From Acidobacteriota bacterium (GTDB lineage Bacteria; Acidobacteriota; UBA6911; RPQK01; JADFOI01): a stretch of 64,000 bases of DNA. This document shows, in pieces, positions 9,654-18,844 of this stretch. The DNA lies in assembly GCA_963663035.1 (NCBI GenBank), contig OY760074.1, positions 800,001-864,000 on the forward strand. The letters run 5' to 3'. The position numbers were made by a program, and so were the translations under genes. Each line of letters starts with the position of its first letter. The first letter of the stretch is position 1. The notes beneath the pieces are model-generated. The model was not told where the DNA came from, ran no database searches, and worked only from the letters and a program-made list of their open reading frames with translations.

Positions 9654-10726
9654 GTTCAACCAGCACTGTTCAGGAAGGGACGATCAAGTCGCTGAAAGCA
9701 GTTCAACATGAGCTTTCAGATCCTCGGATCCAGCTCCAGACCTTAGCTCAACAGGGTGGCAAGCTCCCCAGATTTGAAGAGCGACTGGATGAAATTGGAC
9801 TCTATCCCCTCAGACCGACCGAGATCGTGATTTTCCAGGTCAATGTCGGAAAAATGTGCAACCTGACCTGTGCTCACTGTCACGTCGATTCGGGTCCAGA
9901 TCGAGACGAAATCATGACGCGTGAGACGATGCAATTCTGCCTCGAAGCGATCAAAGCTTCGAACATCAGGACCGTCGATCTGACGGGTGGGGCTCCTGAA
10001 ATGAACCCGAACTTTCGCTGGTTTGTCGAGGAAATTTCCAAGCTGGGTCGTCAGACCATCGTGCGAAGCAATCTCACCATTCTGACGGTGAACAAAAAAT
10101 ACCGGCAGCTCCCGCAATTCTTCGCTGACCACAAAGCCTTACTCATCTGCTCGCTTCCATGCTACACGGCTGAAAACACGGATAAGCAGAGGGGAAATGG
10201 TGTGTTTGATCGGTCGATCGAAGCACTCCAGATGCTCAATGCTGTGGGATATGCTCAGGCGGAATCGGGTTTGGAGCTACATCTGGTCTACAATCCTGTG
10301 GGTGCTTCTTTGCCGCCGCCTCAGGAGAAGCTGAGTATCGATTACAAACGAGTCTTGAAAGAGGAGTTCGGAATCCTATTCAACGACCTCTACTGCATTA
10401 CCAACATGCCTATCAGCCGCTTTCTCGAGTACTTGTTGCGTCTGGGCCAGTATGAGGAATATATGAAGACCCTGGTCAACGCATTCAATCCTGCAGCAGC
10501 GCCCGGCGTCATGTGTCGAAATACCATATCGGTCGGATGGGAGGGGACTCTCTATGACTGTGACTTCAATCAGATGCTGGAGTTAAAGGTTGAGAACAGT
10601 GCGCCGCGGCACATCCGCGACTTCAAGCTGAACAAATTGACAGAGCGCAGGATTGTGTTGAATCAGCACTGCTACGGCTGCACTGCCGGCGCGGGTTCAA
10701 CCTGTGGAGGGGAAATCGTACAATGA
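9650..10726 (+). CDS. arsS: Radical SAM protein, arsenosugar-biosynthesis ArsS family (Cys form)
   Basis: CNLTCAHC, LTGGAPEMNP, YDCDFNQML, HCYGCTAGAGSTCGG. Confidence 0.85.
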   Translation: MSSTSTVQEGTIKSLKAVQHELSDPRIQLQTLAQQGGKLPRFEERLDEIGLYPLRPTEIVIFQVNVGKMCNLTCAHCHVDSGPDRDEIMTRETMQFCLEAIKASNIRTVDLTGGAPEMNPNFRWFVEEISKLGRQTIVRSNLTILTVNKKYRQLPQFFADHKALLICSLPCYTAENTDKQRGNGVFDRSIEALQMLNAVGYAQAESGLELHLVYNPVGASLPPPQEKLSIDYKRVLKEEFGILFNDLYCITNMPISRFLEYLLRLGQYEEYMKTLVNAFNPAAAPGVMCRNTISVGWEGTLYDCDFNQMLELKVENSAPRHIRDFKLNKLTERRIVLNQHCYGCTAGAGSTCGGEIVQ

Positions 10727-11697
10727 GCCAGAGTTATTTGAAAACAGCCAGGGATGTCTACAGGGAGGCTGCATTAAGCCCACAAGAAGGGCTCTGCTGC
10801 ACCACTTCTCCTGTTTGGAACTTACCGCAGCTCGAGATCCCCAAGAAGATGCTCGAGATGAATTACGGCTGTGGAACGACTGTCCACCCCCGAGATCTCG
10901 CTGCCGCTCCCAAGGTCCTTTATGTGGGTGTGGGAGGCGGCATGGAACTTCTCCAATTCGCCTATTTCAGCAGGAAACCCCGCTCCATCATCGGAATTGA
11001 TCCGGTGGAGGAGATGGTGGAAGTCTGCCGTCAAAATCTCAAAGGAGCAGAAGAGCTGAATTCCTGGTTAGAAGGCGATTTTTTCGATTTGCGTCTTGGA
11101 GATGCTCTGGATCTACCTGTGGAAGATGACTCCGTCGATCTCGCTGCACAGAATTGCCTGTTCAATATCTTCTCTGTAGAGGATCTGAAGCGTGCCCTGA
11201 GTGAAATGTACCGGGTCCTGAGACCGCAGGGAAAACTCCTGCTTTCTGATCCCATTTGTGAGGGTGGGATCCCAGAGAACCTGCGCAGGGATGAACGCTT
11301 GAGAGCCCTTTGTCTGAGCGGTGCCTTGCCTTTGAGACAGTATATTGATCTGATTACCGATAGCGGCTTTGGGACCGTGGAAATTCGCGCCCGGCGTCCT
11401 TACCGTGTCCTGGATCCCCAGCATTTCCATACGGACCAGTTGATCTTCATTGAAAGTGTCGAAGTGTGTGCCATCAAAGATCCGATGCCCCCGGATGGTC
11501 CCTGCGTATTCACTGGCAGAACGGCCATCTATTTTGGAGATGAGGACTCCTTTGATGACAGCCAGGGACACGTCCTGCCGCAGAACCAGCCCCTGGCGGT
11601 GTGCGACAAAACGTCTGAGGCGTTAAAGGAGCTGAATCGGGAAGACATTTTCATATCCCCATCGACCTATTTCTATGAGGGCGGAGGATGCTGCTAA
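10723..11697 (+). CDS. arsM: Arsenite S-adenosylmethionine methyltransferase, ArsS-associated type
   Basis: LCCT, NYGCG, GVGGG SAM motif, AQNCLFN, CLSGA, C-terminal GGGCC; overlaps arsS. Confidence 0.82.
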   Translation: MSQSYLKTARDVYREAALSPQEGLCCTTSPVWNLPQLEIPKKMLEMNYGCGTTVHPRDLAAAPKVLYVGVGGGMELLQFAYFSRKPRSIIGIDPVEEMVEVCRQNLKGAEELNSWLEGDFFDLRLGDALDLPVEDDSVDLAAQNCLFNIFSVEDLKRALSEMYRVLRPQGKLLLSDPICEGGIPENLRRDERLRALCLSGALPLRQYIDLITDSGFGTVEIRARRPYRVLDPQHFHTDQLIFIESVEVCAIKDPMPPDGPCVFTGRTAIYFGDEDSFDDSQGHVLPQNQPLAVCDKTSEALKELNREDIFISPSTYFYEGGGCC

Positions 11698-11702
11698 GAA
11701 GC

Positions 11703-11915
11703 AAATCCTAAAGTCTAAATTCTAAATCCCAGCCGGCAGACCGGCTGAAATCCTAAATCCTAAATTCCAAATCCCAAACAAATCTCAAATCCCAAATTTC
11801 AAATCTCAAACAAATTCTGAATTCCAGATGTATTAATTTGGAACTTAGAATTTGGAATTTGTGATTTGGATTTTAAGATTTCCGGAAATCTTTAAATTTC
11901 CGGAAGTTTTGGAAT
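11703..11915. repeat. AT-rich heptamer array (AAATCCY) followed by its inverse (TTTGGAW)
   Basis: aaatcct/aaattcc/aaatccc/aaatctc units, then tttggaa/tttggat units. Confidence 0.8.
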
Positions 11916-11988
11916 AAAAGCCCGCTTGGGTGACATTTCAATTGGAGAACACCAAAAGACCAATGTACACCCATGAAAGGAGCGAAGA

Positions 11989-12459
11989 ATGAGATTCAAC
12001 AACTTCAGTAAAAAGGGGCTTGTGATGGCTGCCTTGGCCTTAACGGTTATGGCAGTGTCCTTCTTTGGGACCGATGTCGCAGCCCAGATGGGGCAGCCGG
12101 AAATGATTAGCCTTCGAGGCACGCTCATTGATCTGACCTGTGCTGCCAAGGGGAGGGCAATGATGAACTCCTGGGACAACACAGGACAGGATCACATGAT
12201 GCCCGACGGCAATGTCCAGAAGAGCTGTGCCAGCATGTGTTTGACGGGTGGTCAACCGGCAGCCCTCTTTGCCAATAATCAGGTTACGGCAGTGTTAGCT
12301 TGCAATCCACGGCAGACGCTTGCCAGCTATGCCGCCGAGTCAGTTGAGGTTCAGGGCTTTTGGGCCGGTGCCGGATCGGATGTCAAACCATTCGTACCGA
12401 CAAGGATCCGTAAAGGTACAGGTGCCTGGGAGGACGTGGACTGCGCCACCATGCACTAA
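11989..12459 (+). CDS. Secreted Cys/Met/His-rich hypothetical protein
   Basis: Signal peptide; LIDLTC, DHMM, CASMC, C-terminal CATMH; AAGGAG RBS. Confidence 0.75.
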   Translation: MRFNNFSKKGLVMAALALTVMAVSFFGTDVAAQMGQPEMISLRGTLIDLTCAAKGRAMMNSWDNTGQDHMMPDGNVQKSCASMCLTGGQPAALFANNQVTAVLACNPRQTLASYAAESVEVQGFWAGAGSDVKPFVPTRIRKGTGAWEDVDCATMH

Positions 12460-12526
12460 GTAATCTCCCCACGGACCGGTAGTGTGCCCTCCCCGAGGGC
12501 TACAGAGGAGCCTGACGAGGCTCAGA

Positions 12527-12554
12527 CAGAGCCGTGGGCTTTAGCCCACGGGCC
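12527..12554. repeat. REP unit
   Basis: cagagccgtgggctttagcccacgggcc, same as 8155-8182 and 29011-29038. Confidence 0.8.
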
Positions 12555-12594
12555 CACCCGGTCCACCCCCCCCTCTGACGAGGGCCTTTGAATC

Positions 12595-12999
12595 ATGTGG
12601 AAGAGAATTCTCACTGCTCCCCTGCTACTGCTGTTGTTATGGGGGTGTGGTACGAGTGCGGAAGATCATCGAAGAGCACTGGAGGAGCGTGGAATTCCCT
12701 GGGATGAGGAGGCCTTCGTTGACCACGCCAAGCAGGGTGACCAGGCCGTCCTGGAGCTGTTTCTCGGTGGTGGCATGGATCTTGACGTTCGGGATAGTAC
12801 CGGTGCCACAGCACTGATGTACGCGGCTCTAAACGGCCATGTTGCTGCGACTTCTCTTCTGATAGAGCAGGGTGCTGATCTCAATGCCGAAGATGACCTG
12901 GGGAGGAGGGCTTTAGACTATGCGTCGGTCCACCCCGAGAGCGGGGCCTTCCAGCTCCTGGCCGCGGCAGGAGCGATCTACGGCACCTTCTCCCAGTAA
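12595..12999 (+). CDS. Ankyrin-repeat lipoprotein
   Basis: Lipobox LWGC; GATALMYAALNGH, GRRALDYA. Confidence 0.85.
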   Translation: MWKRILTAPLLLLLLWGCGTSAEDHRRALEERGIPWDEEAFVDHAKQGDQAVLELFLGGGMDLDVRDSTGATALMYAALNGHVAATSLLIEQGADLNAEDDLGRRALDYASVHPESGAFQLLAAAGAIYGTFSQ

Positions 13000-13019
13000 C
13001 AGCGATTTCTTCTCTTGCG

Positions 13020-13931
13020 TTAGTCGCTAATCTTTCCCGGGCGGAAATAACCCTGTTTCGCACGCACAGTGAGCCTTGGCAAGCCCTCAGGTGGTTTCAG
13101 CCGGACCTTGATTTCTCGCCATTCCCGACTGGGCTTCTGGTCTGTCGGTGTGTAACCCAGGACGTACTGATTTCGTAACTCCGTGTGAATTAAATCCATG
13201 AAATAATCCAACTGCTTAAAGGTGTCCGGGAAAAAGACACGGCCGCCGGTCAGTCGGCCCAGCCCTGCTATGATCGCCTCGCCGAAGCCCAACTCGCCGT
13301 GCGCTCCGATCACGTAAATCTGCACGTCCGACTCCTTCACAAAATCTTTGACTTCGCTGAAGGTATAACGGCTGCTGTTGTCTTCCCCGTCGGAAATGAT
13401 GATCAGGGCTTTTTTCTCTTGCCGGGCCTCGCGCATTTTCTCCAGGCCCAGGTAAACAGCATCGTACAGAGCCGTCCGGCCTTTGGGATTGGATAGTGAA
13501 ACTTGATTTTGAATCTTTTCAGAGTCGGGACTGAAGTCCTGAACGAGAGTGGTCCGATTGTTGAATGTGATCAGGAAGTACTGATCGCCCGGATCTCCGT
13601 GCTCCAGGAATTGGACCAGCGAATGGCGGGCACTCCTGATGCTTGTCTTCATCGAACCGCTGAGGTCCAGGATAATGCCAACGCTGAGGGGAGACTTTTC
13701 ACTGAAAAAGTGAGTGATCGTCTGCTCGACTTTGTTCTCGAAGATCTTGAAATGCTCCCGTTGCAGACCGACCACATAGCGGTTGAGGGGATCGGCCACC
13801 GTCACTCGCATTGCCACCGTGTCCACACCCACCCGGAAACGAGGCACAGACTGTTGCTGACCCAGGGCACCAGCGCCGGTGAGAAGGAAGAGAAAGAGAA
13901 AATTGGAGATAATAAGTCGCAGTGAACTCAT
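13020..13931 (-). CDS. VWA domain protein, Acidobacteria type
   Basis: FRVGVD, DLSGS MIDAS, TALYDAV, ISDGEDN, ELRNQYVLGY. Confidence 0.88.
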   Translation of the reverse strand: MSSLRLIISNFLFLFLLTGAGALGQQQSVPRFRVGVDTVAMRVTVADPLNRYVVGLQREHFKIFENKVEQTITHFFSEKSPLSVGIILDLSGSMKTSIRSARHSLVQFLEHGDPGDQYFLITFNNRTTLVQDFSPDSEKIQNQVSLSNPKGRTALYDAVYLGLEKMREARQEKKALIIISDGEDNSSRYTFSEVKDFVKESDVQIYVIGAHGELGFGEAIIAGLGRLTGGRVFFPDTFKQLDYFMDLIHTELRNQYVLGYTPTDQKPSREWREIKVRLKPPEGLPRLTVRAKQGYFRPGKISD

Positions 13932-13942
13932 ATCCTATCCGG

Positions 13943-14623
13943 TTAATGACAAAGTGAGGCACTGAGCTCCTTTGACAGCTTCTCCACCCGGTACAGGTAA
14001 ATCATCATGTTTTGGCCTTGAAGGTCCTCCAGGTTGACTGTGTGGGTGGGGAGGGAAAAATAGTCCTTGATTCGCTGCTCCGCTTTTAAAATCTGTTCCC
14101 GGATGAACTGAGTTTCCTTCTGGAATCCCGAGTTGCGTGAATTGGCTTCGATCTTGGGCTTGAAGTGACTCTTGCTATCCAAGCCCCTTAAAACATAAGA
14201 CAAGGTCCTGCGAAGAGCTTTTGCTTCATCCGCCACCTCTTTCATCGAGTCCTTCCAGCGGGCCTTTGCCTGGTCCCTGGACTTAGGGTTGGAAGCGCGA
14301 CTCAGGGTCTCCTCCCGATTGCGCAGGGCCGCGTTGAAGTGGAGTTTGAGCGCGTCAAGCTTCTGGCTTACTCCTGCCAGGAAATCGTCGATGAGCCGGT
14401 CAACGTTTCGCTCAAGAAAACGCTCGTTTCCTCGGTAGAACCTCCTTCCATAGACATCTGTGTAGGACATTGTTTGAAGATGTTGGTGGAGAAAATAGTT
14501 CCTGAGGAGGGGGTTATCTCGGCCGGATTCCAAGGTGTTGGAAAACAGGTACCCGCTAGAAAAAATTCCCCACACCAAGAAAAAGAGCGTTGGGTAGAGA
14601 GTATGTCTTCGCTGCCAGTTCAA
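13943..14623 (-). CDS. Hypothetical exported helical protein
   Basis: 226-aa ORF with hydrophobic N-terminus, co-directional with the VWA gene; start uncertain. Confidence 0.6.
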   Translation of the reverse strand: MNWQRRHTLYPTLFFLVWGIFSSGYLFSNTLESGRDNPLLRNYFLHQHLQTMSYTDVYGRRFYRGNERFLERNVDRLIDDFLAGVSQKLDALKLHFNAALRNREETLSRASNPKSRDQAKARWKDSMKEVADEAKALRRTLSYVLRGLDSKSHFKPKIEANSRNSGFQKETQFIREQILKAEQRIKDYFSLPTHTVNLEDLQGQNMMIYLYRVEKLSKELSASLCH

Positions 14624-15018
14624 AGTTCTGTCCTCTTGAGATCAATGTCTTTCAACCGCGTGTTGTATAGGCAAAGTTCTGCCAGAGTGCGCACCTGCTT
14701 TCCTGAGGCTGCGCGGTAGGTAGTGCTTTGACCTGTAAGCCACCGGTAGGGCGCTCCAAAAATCGCACCGAATCCCAGACCTGCGTACGTCCTCAGCTTT
14801 TTCTCTTTGAAGTTCACTGTGTTACCTCCTCTTGTAAAGGATCTGGTGTCCGCATCAGCAGGTCTGACCCGGGTCGGTTAATGAGTGAGGGCAGGGAGTA
14901 AAACATTACCTTTTCAACCGTAACCTTAATAGTCGCTGTAAGAATTTGGACTTGGGGCGCACTCACTAAACATCGGATGGTGAAGATCTCCAAGGTTGAC
15001 TGGAAAGGAGAAAAGAAT

Positions 15019-15543
15019 ATGTTCAGGAATCTGACCAAGAAACAATTTGTGCTTGTTCTCGCGGGAACACTGTTTGCTGCCCTCTTTTATGGACTCACCC
15101 AGTCCAATGGCTGGGCACTCGGCCAGTACGAGAGCGAGAAAAGGGAGGTGGTCGAGAGCCCATCTGTACTGGCAAATGCCTGGGAAGAAAGGACCGACTC
15201 ACAGCTCCATGCCTCACTTCGGGACGTTGATGTGGATTATCGTCTCTTTCTGAAAAAATTTATGGCTCGTGTATTCAACGGGCCGGAGGTGAGTTCCGGA
15301 GTCGCACTCAGGGGGATGGGTGAAGACCAGATGATTTTATTGGAACTCCGTGACCAAGAGGGCAATCTGGCGGCTCAATCCACAGTAGAACTTGGTGGGC
15401 AATCGAAGGTAACCAGGTTGATTCATGAGATTGAGTGGAGCGCTCCAATCGACTTGTCCAACTTCGCCGGGAGCCTGACTGCTTGTGGACAGTCGAACTT
15501 TGCCGCAAGCGGGATCACCTCCAAGTCAATCCCCAGAATTTGA
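15019..15543 (+). CDS. Hypothetical exported protein
   Basis: AAGGAG RBS, ATG 15019, N-terminal TM/signal. Confidence 0.65.
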   Translation: MFRNLTKKQFVLVLAGTLFAALFYGLTQSNGWALGQYESEKREVVESPSVLANAWEERTDSQLHASLRDVDVDYRLFLKKFMARVFNGPEVSSGVALRGMGEDQMILLELRDQEGNLAAQSTVELGGQSKVTRLIHEIEWSAPIDLSNFAGSLTACGQSNFAASGITSKSIPRI

Positions 15544-15554
15544 AGGAGAAGAAG

Positions 15555-16468
15555 ATGATGAAGAAGATCGTGAAGATCGCAGTTGCATTTACCGTATTGG
15601 CAATTCTCGGGACGGGGATCCTGTGGGCTACCCAATCCGAAGAGCTTCCAGACGGACGGGGGGGATATTTCGACGTTAGGCTTCACTCTGTTCCTTTGAG
15701 TGAGATCCTAGGCGGTGGTCCAGCAAAGGATGGAATCCCCGCTTTGAGCAACCCTGAGTTTGTTTCAGCCGAGCAGGGAGACAGGTTTCTTCTCTCCTGG
15801 GATCGTGTACTCGGAGTCGAGTACAACGGTGTCGCTAAAGCTTACCCGATCAAAATCTTGAACTGGCATGCGGTGGTGAATGACAGAATTGGCAATAAGG
15901 CCATCGCCGTCTCCTGGTGACCTCTGACCGGTTCGGGCGTAGGTTACGACCCGATAATAGACGGCAGGCGTTACACTTTCGGTGTCTCGGGCAAGCTTTA
16001 CAAAGATAACGTGTTGCTCTACGACCACCAGACGGGAAGCCTCTGGTCGCAGATTATGAGGGAGGCCGTTACCGGACCCAAGACCGGAACAGACCTGAAA
16101 ACCTTTCCGGTCGTTGAAACCACCTGGAAGAGCTGGATGAGAGAGCATCCGGATACGCTGGTTCTGAGCTTGAATACCGGGTATGCCCGTGATTACAACT
16201 GGGACCCCTACGGGATCAATGCTGAGAGAGCTGTGGGGGTGATCTCCCAGGGAGAGAGGAAAGCCTATTCATTCCGGGAGCTGAAGAAGGTCAAGAGTTT
16301 CCCGATTCACGATCAGGTAGGGAACCAGGCCGTGTTCATCTACTTTGAGAGCGAAGCGGAAAAAGCCTGGGTGACAGATCCAGCCGGAACTACGTGGAAT
16401 CCTTCCTCACCTATCTCTCGGCCTGGAAGAGTTTTTACCCTGACACTAAGATCTTCGAGGCCGAATAG
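15555..16468 (+). CDS. DUF3179 family selenoprotein (UxxT), apparent 1-nt frameshift near 16388
   Basis: GGPAKDGIPAL, KAYPIKIL.WH.VVND, VSW-U-PLTGS (TGA 15918-15920), FGVSGKLY, YDHQTGSLWSQ; family-like C-terminus AWKSFYPDT lies in another frame ending TAG 16468. Confidence 0.82.
15924..15967 (+). promoter_or_regulatory. Candidate bacterial SECIS element
   Basis: TCGGG-CGTA-[GGT]-TACG-A-CCCGA (15933-15954), loop 21 nt after the UGA, with lower stem CTG/CAG and CCG/CGG. Confidence 0.7.
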
Positions 16469-16598
16469 GTTCCTCCTGCCCTCTTCTCCCCGAACTTTTT
16501 TTAAAGGCGTGGTAAAATTCTTATGAGGAGTTTACTAGCCCGTGCTAGCGTGTCCAGGTGGCGTTTCACTTTCAGGTCTTTCTGCTAAGGAGGTGGTG

Positions 16599-17873
16599 AT
16601 GGCTTCAGATACCCTGACGATTACAGATAATCGAACCGGGAAAAGCTATGAGTGTCCAATTCAGTCGGGGACGATTCGGGCCATGGATCTTCGTCAGATT
16701 AGAACTTCTGATGATGATTTCGGCCTGATGACCTACGATCCGGGCTTCACCAACACAGCTTCTTGTCAAAGTCAGATCACCTTTATTGATGGAGGTAAGG
16801 GCATTTTGCAGTATCGGGGCTATCCCATCGAGGAGTTGGCAGAAAAAAGTACGTTTCTAGCAGTTGCCTATCTTCTCCTGGATGGTGAACTGCCCTCTGA
16901 AAGCGAGCTGGAAGAGTGGCGCTCCGATATCGTTCAGCACACCATGGTTCACGAGAACATCAAGCATTTCATGGACGAATTTCACCATGATGCCCATCCC
17001 ATGGGAATACTCCTGAGCACGGTGGGTGCCCTTTCCACCTTTTACCCGGACGCCCGCGACCTTTCTGATCCAGTGAATCGCAGGTTACAGATCGTCCGTC
17101 TCATCGCCAAGATGCCCACCCTGGCCGCCTTCGCCTATCGCCACAGGATGGGGATGCCCTATAGCTATCCAGACAACAGCCTCAGCTTTACCGGAAATTT
17201 TCTCAGTATGATGTTCAAGATGGCAGAGCCGGAATACAAGGTCAATCCGGTGCTCGAGCAGGCCCTGGATCTGTTATTCATCTTGCACGCTGACCATGAG
17301 CAGAATTGCAGCACCAATGCGATGCGTTCGGTTGCCAGTTCGAAAACCGACCCCTTTTCTGCTGCGGCTGCTGCCATTGCTGCCCTTTACGGCCCTCTTC
17401 ATGGGGGGGCTAATGAGGCTGTCCTGCGCATGCTCACGGAGATCGGCAGCCCAGCCGGCATTCCCGACTTCATGGAAAAGGTAAAATCCGGAAAAGCCCG
17501 CCTGATGGGCTTCGGTCACCGCGTCTATAAGAATTACGATCCCCGAGCACGAATCATCAAGGAGATGTCTACCCGGGTCTTCGAAGTAACGGGCCGCAAT
17601 CCGCTGCTCGATCTGGCCCTTGAACTGGAGGAGATCGCACTGAAGGAGGACTACTTTGTGGAGCGAAAGCTGTATCCGAATGTGGATTTCTATTCGGGCC
17701 TGATCTACCAGTCCATGGGGATTCCGCCGGACATGTTTCCGGTGCTGTTTGCTATCGGCCGAACAGTGGGGTGGTTGGCCCAGTGGGAGGAGATGCTCTC
17801 AGACTCCGAGCAGAAGATCGCCCGTCCTCGCCAGATTTACACAGGTCAGCAGTCCCGGCACCTGGGTGACTAG
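16599..17873 (+). CDS. gltA: Citrate synthase
   Basis: YDPGFTNTASC, HADHEQNCST, GPLHGGANE, GFGHRVYKNYDPRA, PNVDFYSG. Confidence 0.96.
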   Translation: MASDTLTITDNRTGKSYECPIQSGTIRAMDLRQIRTSDDDFGLMTYDPGFTNTASCQSQITFIDGGKGILQYRGYPIEELAEKSTFLAVAYLLLDGELPSESELEEWRSDIVQHTMVHENIKHFMDEFHHDAHPMGILLSTVGALSTFYPDARDLSDPVNRRLQIVRLIAKMPTLAAFAYRHRMGMPYSYPDNSLSFTGNFLSMMFKMAEPEYKVNPVLEQALDLLFILHADHEQNCSTNAMRSVASSKTDPFSAAAAAIAALYGPLHGGANEAVLRMLTEIGSPAGIPDFMEKVKSGKARLMGFGHRVYKNYDPRARIIKEMSTRVFEVTGRNPLLDLALELEEIALKEDYFVERKLYPNVDFYSGLIYQSMGIPPDMFPVLFAIGRTVGWLAQWEEMLSDSEQKIARPRQIYTGQQSRHLGD

Positions 17874-17893
17874 TATCTCGTCCCACAGGAGAG

Positions 17894-18688
17894 CTATTGT
17901 GAAAGCAGGCCATCGATGACGGGCTCAAAGGAATTAAAGGGCAGGGCTCCTCTAAGGGTCTGAACCACTTTCACTTTGTTAGGATCCTCGGAATCGGTAA
18001 ATCCTAGTCCGAAAGAGGGCGTGGCCCGTATTCCAATCTTGGCTCCGACTGCAAGATCTTCACGGATTGCAACCGCAAATTGTCCGCTCTGCAGGCATGT
18101 ATCGAACTTCGCCCCATCCACACCGAGTGCTGCAGCATGGGACTTGAGCTGTAGGGTAGTCAGCGAGTTCTGATTGGCAAACAGGCGGTCATGCATTTCC
18201 CAGAATTTGCCCTGTTGGCCGGCGCAGCTGACTGCCTCAGCCGCTTGAAATGCATAGGGATGGATGGATTCCAACGGAAAGTCGAAGTAGACATACTTGA
18301 GCTTTCCAGTCTCGATATAATCTTTCAAGATTTGAGGCATCGTCTCACGGACGTGTCTTCCGCAAAACGGTCACTGGTAGTCGGTGAACTCGATCAAGGT
18401 CAGCTTCGCATTTCGGTCGCCCTTAAATGGACTCCCCTCAATATCCAGATCAATGTTCAGGACAACGGGAACTGGAGCGGGAGCCGCAGCGGGAGCCGGA
18501 GCCAGTCTTGTGCTGAGAAGGCGCTTGATCTCCTGAAGCTCTTCTTGAATGGCCTCCTGGCCTGCCTTGAGTGCCTCGATCTCGTTTCTCAGGTCGTCAC
18601 CAGACGTGTCCTGTGCCAAGCCGGCTGGCCCACCCCAAAAGGTGAGTAGACTCAATCCAAAGACTACGGTGAACCACTTTATCCTCAT
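17894..18688 (-). CDS. Exported DsbA/Com1-like thioredoxin-fold selenoprotein (UxxC)
   Basis: In-frame TGA 18373-18371 in EFTDYQ-U-PFC; DFPL..IH, cis-Pro ATPSF; signal peptide and coiled coil. Confidence 0.88.
18341..18369 (-). promoter_or_regulatory. Candidate SECIS hairpin
   Basis: cgttttgcgga-agacacg-tccgtgagacg, 11-bp stem including G.U pairs, starting 2 nt after the UGA. Confidence 0.45.
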
Positions 18689-18844
18689 GATTTTCTCCTA
18701 TTGTTGCAAGCCTCTTATCTTTACTATCTCCCAGCGACCCCAGGCAGGTCAACCATTATCCCCTGTATCCTGCCTTGTACTCCATGCAAGGTGTAAGAAG
18801 TCGGACCGTGGCGACACTCACTTCAAGAGAAAGGAGAAGACCCA

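Noticed and set aside
10660-10726. Possible Sec in the ArsS C-terminal motif
   Set aside because: The codon in GSTCGG is TGT (Cys); the TGA is the normal stop overlapping the arsM ATG.
14620-15038. Short minus-strand ORFs 14620..14817 and 14814..15038
   Set aside because: No recognisable motifs; likely the divergent promoter region, although the first cannot be excluded.
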